From positions 16,046,275 to 16,110,274 of the forward strand of contig NC_134032.1 of the NCBI RefSeq assembly GCF_964204645.1: a DNA stretch of 64,000 bases, read 5' to 3'. The DNA comes from Tubulanus polymorphus. Its lineage: Eukaryota; Animalia; Nemertea. A program made the translations under genes and the position numbers. Below are positions 62,299 through 64,000 of this stretch, piece by piece (the first letter of the stretch is position 1; each line of letters begins with the position of its first letter). A model generated the notes under the pieces. That model was not told where the DNA came from, searched no databases, and worked only from the letters and a program-made list of their open reading frames with translations.

Positions 62299-63879
62299 AT
62301 GTCGGTAGACTATCGGAATGGTGGCACCGCATCCTACCAAATGAATCCTGATAAACCTTTCAACAACCATGAATTCGACGAAAAAGGCGCCTCCGATACG
62401 CCGGTAGGTGACAGAAAAAATGTTTTTCTCGAAAATGTATAATTGTTATTTTGTTTAGTGAAAAAGTTTAAGAATGTCAGGATCCAGTTCCAGTCTGAGA
62501 GGATTTCAACTTTATCAAAAAAGAAAAGAGATTTCAGCTCAAAAGTGAACTCTAACTCTGTGAAGTTGGGTCCTGTTGCTGGAAACACAATTTTGTTTTA
62601 AATTCGGGTTAACGGAGTCTAATGTATGATTATCATTATCACGATACTATTATCTTATCATACACAGCCTGGACCGACGGTGGTCGAAGACGATGAAGCT
62701 GTGAATTCTAAACGAGGAAGTTGTTATTGTACCGGTATGACAGGAGGATGTTTCCACCAGTGTATTCCCGACCCGGATGAAACTAACACAATCGCATACG
62801 ATAAAATCAAGGTTCGTGCAATCAATGAATTGAATTCTACAATGTATTATGATGTTGAAATAATTTATGTAAAACAACCGTCCACACGGGCAGATCTATG
62901 ATGTAGTCTCGGGGTCCCCCTTGCCTTCCTGTTGAGGTTGCGCCCTTAGCGTCTCGACGAAGATTGTTAAAATTAGACACTTATCCTTTCGGAAATTAGA
63001 ATTAACTGTGAACTCAGGATCCAGTTTCACAGTTGTGAGAGTTGGAGTTAACTTTGAACTCGGGACCCAGTTCCACAGTTGTTAACTGTGAATTAAAGCC
63101 AGTTTTTTTCCTTAATCAAATCCCATTTGAAAAATGTTTTATCCTTTATATAATTTCTATTTTTAGGACCGGAGTTGTTGGTTCAGGATCCCTAAGTTGA
63201 CGATCCGTCTAAACCCTATAGTTACTATTGCGGCGATCGTCTTCATTTGGGGTTTCGTTATTTTCTGTATGTTAAAACCGGACTTAACTGGAGCCGAGTT
63301 CAAAAGATGGAAAATATTCATCACGAAGACCTTCACATGGCTGTATGTCGGATCGCAGGATATCTGGGCTGTGTTTATCATCATAGTCTATTTCAAGGTA
63401 AGATTACGATTTGAAATATTTCGATGAACCGGGATGAAGATCCCCGGGAACTCTTTCGGCTGAAGATTGTGTTCTAGTCGGAGCCCAAACCATCGCTGAG
63501 ATCCATATCCCGATTTCCGAATCAACCATCCCCTGTTTTGATCCCGGCAGCACGTCCAGATATCCACATTCTCCGGGATCCAGGTGACGATTGTTCGACA
63601 CTATATTTCGACTCTGAACATACCCCGGTAATTAACTTTTATTACAGTACGGTCACGTGAAACTCGGTAAAGATGACGACAAACCCGAATATGGTAACGC
63701 GACCTGGTTCACCATGTTGTTCGCTTGTGGTATCGGAGTCGGGTTGTTCTTCTTCGGAGTGGCCGAACCGGTTTGGCATTACGTCCCGGAAGGAGGTGGT
63801 AATCGTTATATGTCGGATAAATCCATGCCGGACAATACTCTGGCTCAGATAGCTATCAACCTGACTTTATACCATTGGG
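62299..63879 (+). CDS. BCCT family (betaine/choline/carnitine) transporter, spliced, 3' part beyond the window
   Basis: Exons 62299-62403, 62668-62811, 63167-63397, 63648-63879 (phases 0,0,0,1). BCCT motifs: FTWLY, YGHVKLG.DD.KPEY, TWFTMLFACGIGVGLFFFGVAEP, TLYHWG. Confidence 0.9.
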
Positions 63880-64000
63880 GTAAGTAGTGTTAAACTATGA
63901 TACAGGGATAACCAACCAGCAGTTTCACGAATAACGGTCTAATACCTTATGAAATGATTCAGGCATTCAAATATTCAAAATAACCGTAGAATACCGTATA

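Noticed and set aside
62299-63879. Bacterial contamination as the source of the BCCT sequence
   Set aside because: Has GT-AG introns containing the same MITE-B fragments (~62480, ~63000) as the rest of the window.

Overview
Eukaryotic (animal) genomic DNA: AT-rich, GT-AG spliced genes, many micro/minisatellites and short non-autonomous transposons. Gene content (eomes/Tbr1-type T-box, PKI, CTCF-like sites, spliced BCCT) points to a marine invertebrate bilaterian (inference). Most ORF-track entries are repeat artefacts; genes were rebuilt by hand from splice sites and phases. Left to right: (1) a secreted prepropeptide with six 20-aa acidic repeats, five of them carrying RR (+, 1542-2257); (2) a cAMP-dependent protein kinase inhibitor PKI (+, 8134/9667-10546), downstream of a 3.9-kb 52-bp satellite; (3) a poorly resolved minus-strand gene of unknown function (about 17275-31978); (4) a 12 x 69-bp tandem array whose minus-strand unit folds as a minimal type I hammerhead ribozyme (37583-38400), about 1.1 kb upstream of (5) a complete 6-exon eomesodermin/Tbr1-family gene (+, 39612-50105, 648 aa); (6) an intact but strongly degenerate SLC6/NSS-fold transporter with a triple-PPxY tail (-, 51747-58295 or longer) with one splice donor amplified 10-fold by a minisatellite; and, head-to-head with it, (7) a spliced bacterial-type BCCT transporter (+, from 62299, truncated by the window end). 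A set of related MITEs with CWG target duplications (PIF/Harbinger-like) is scattered throughout and appears to have seeded a 20-bp satellite.
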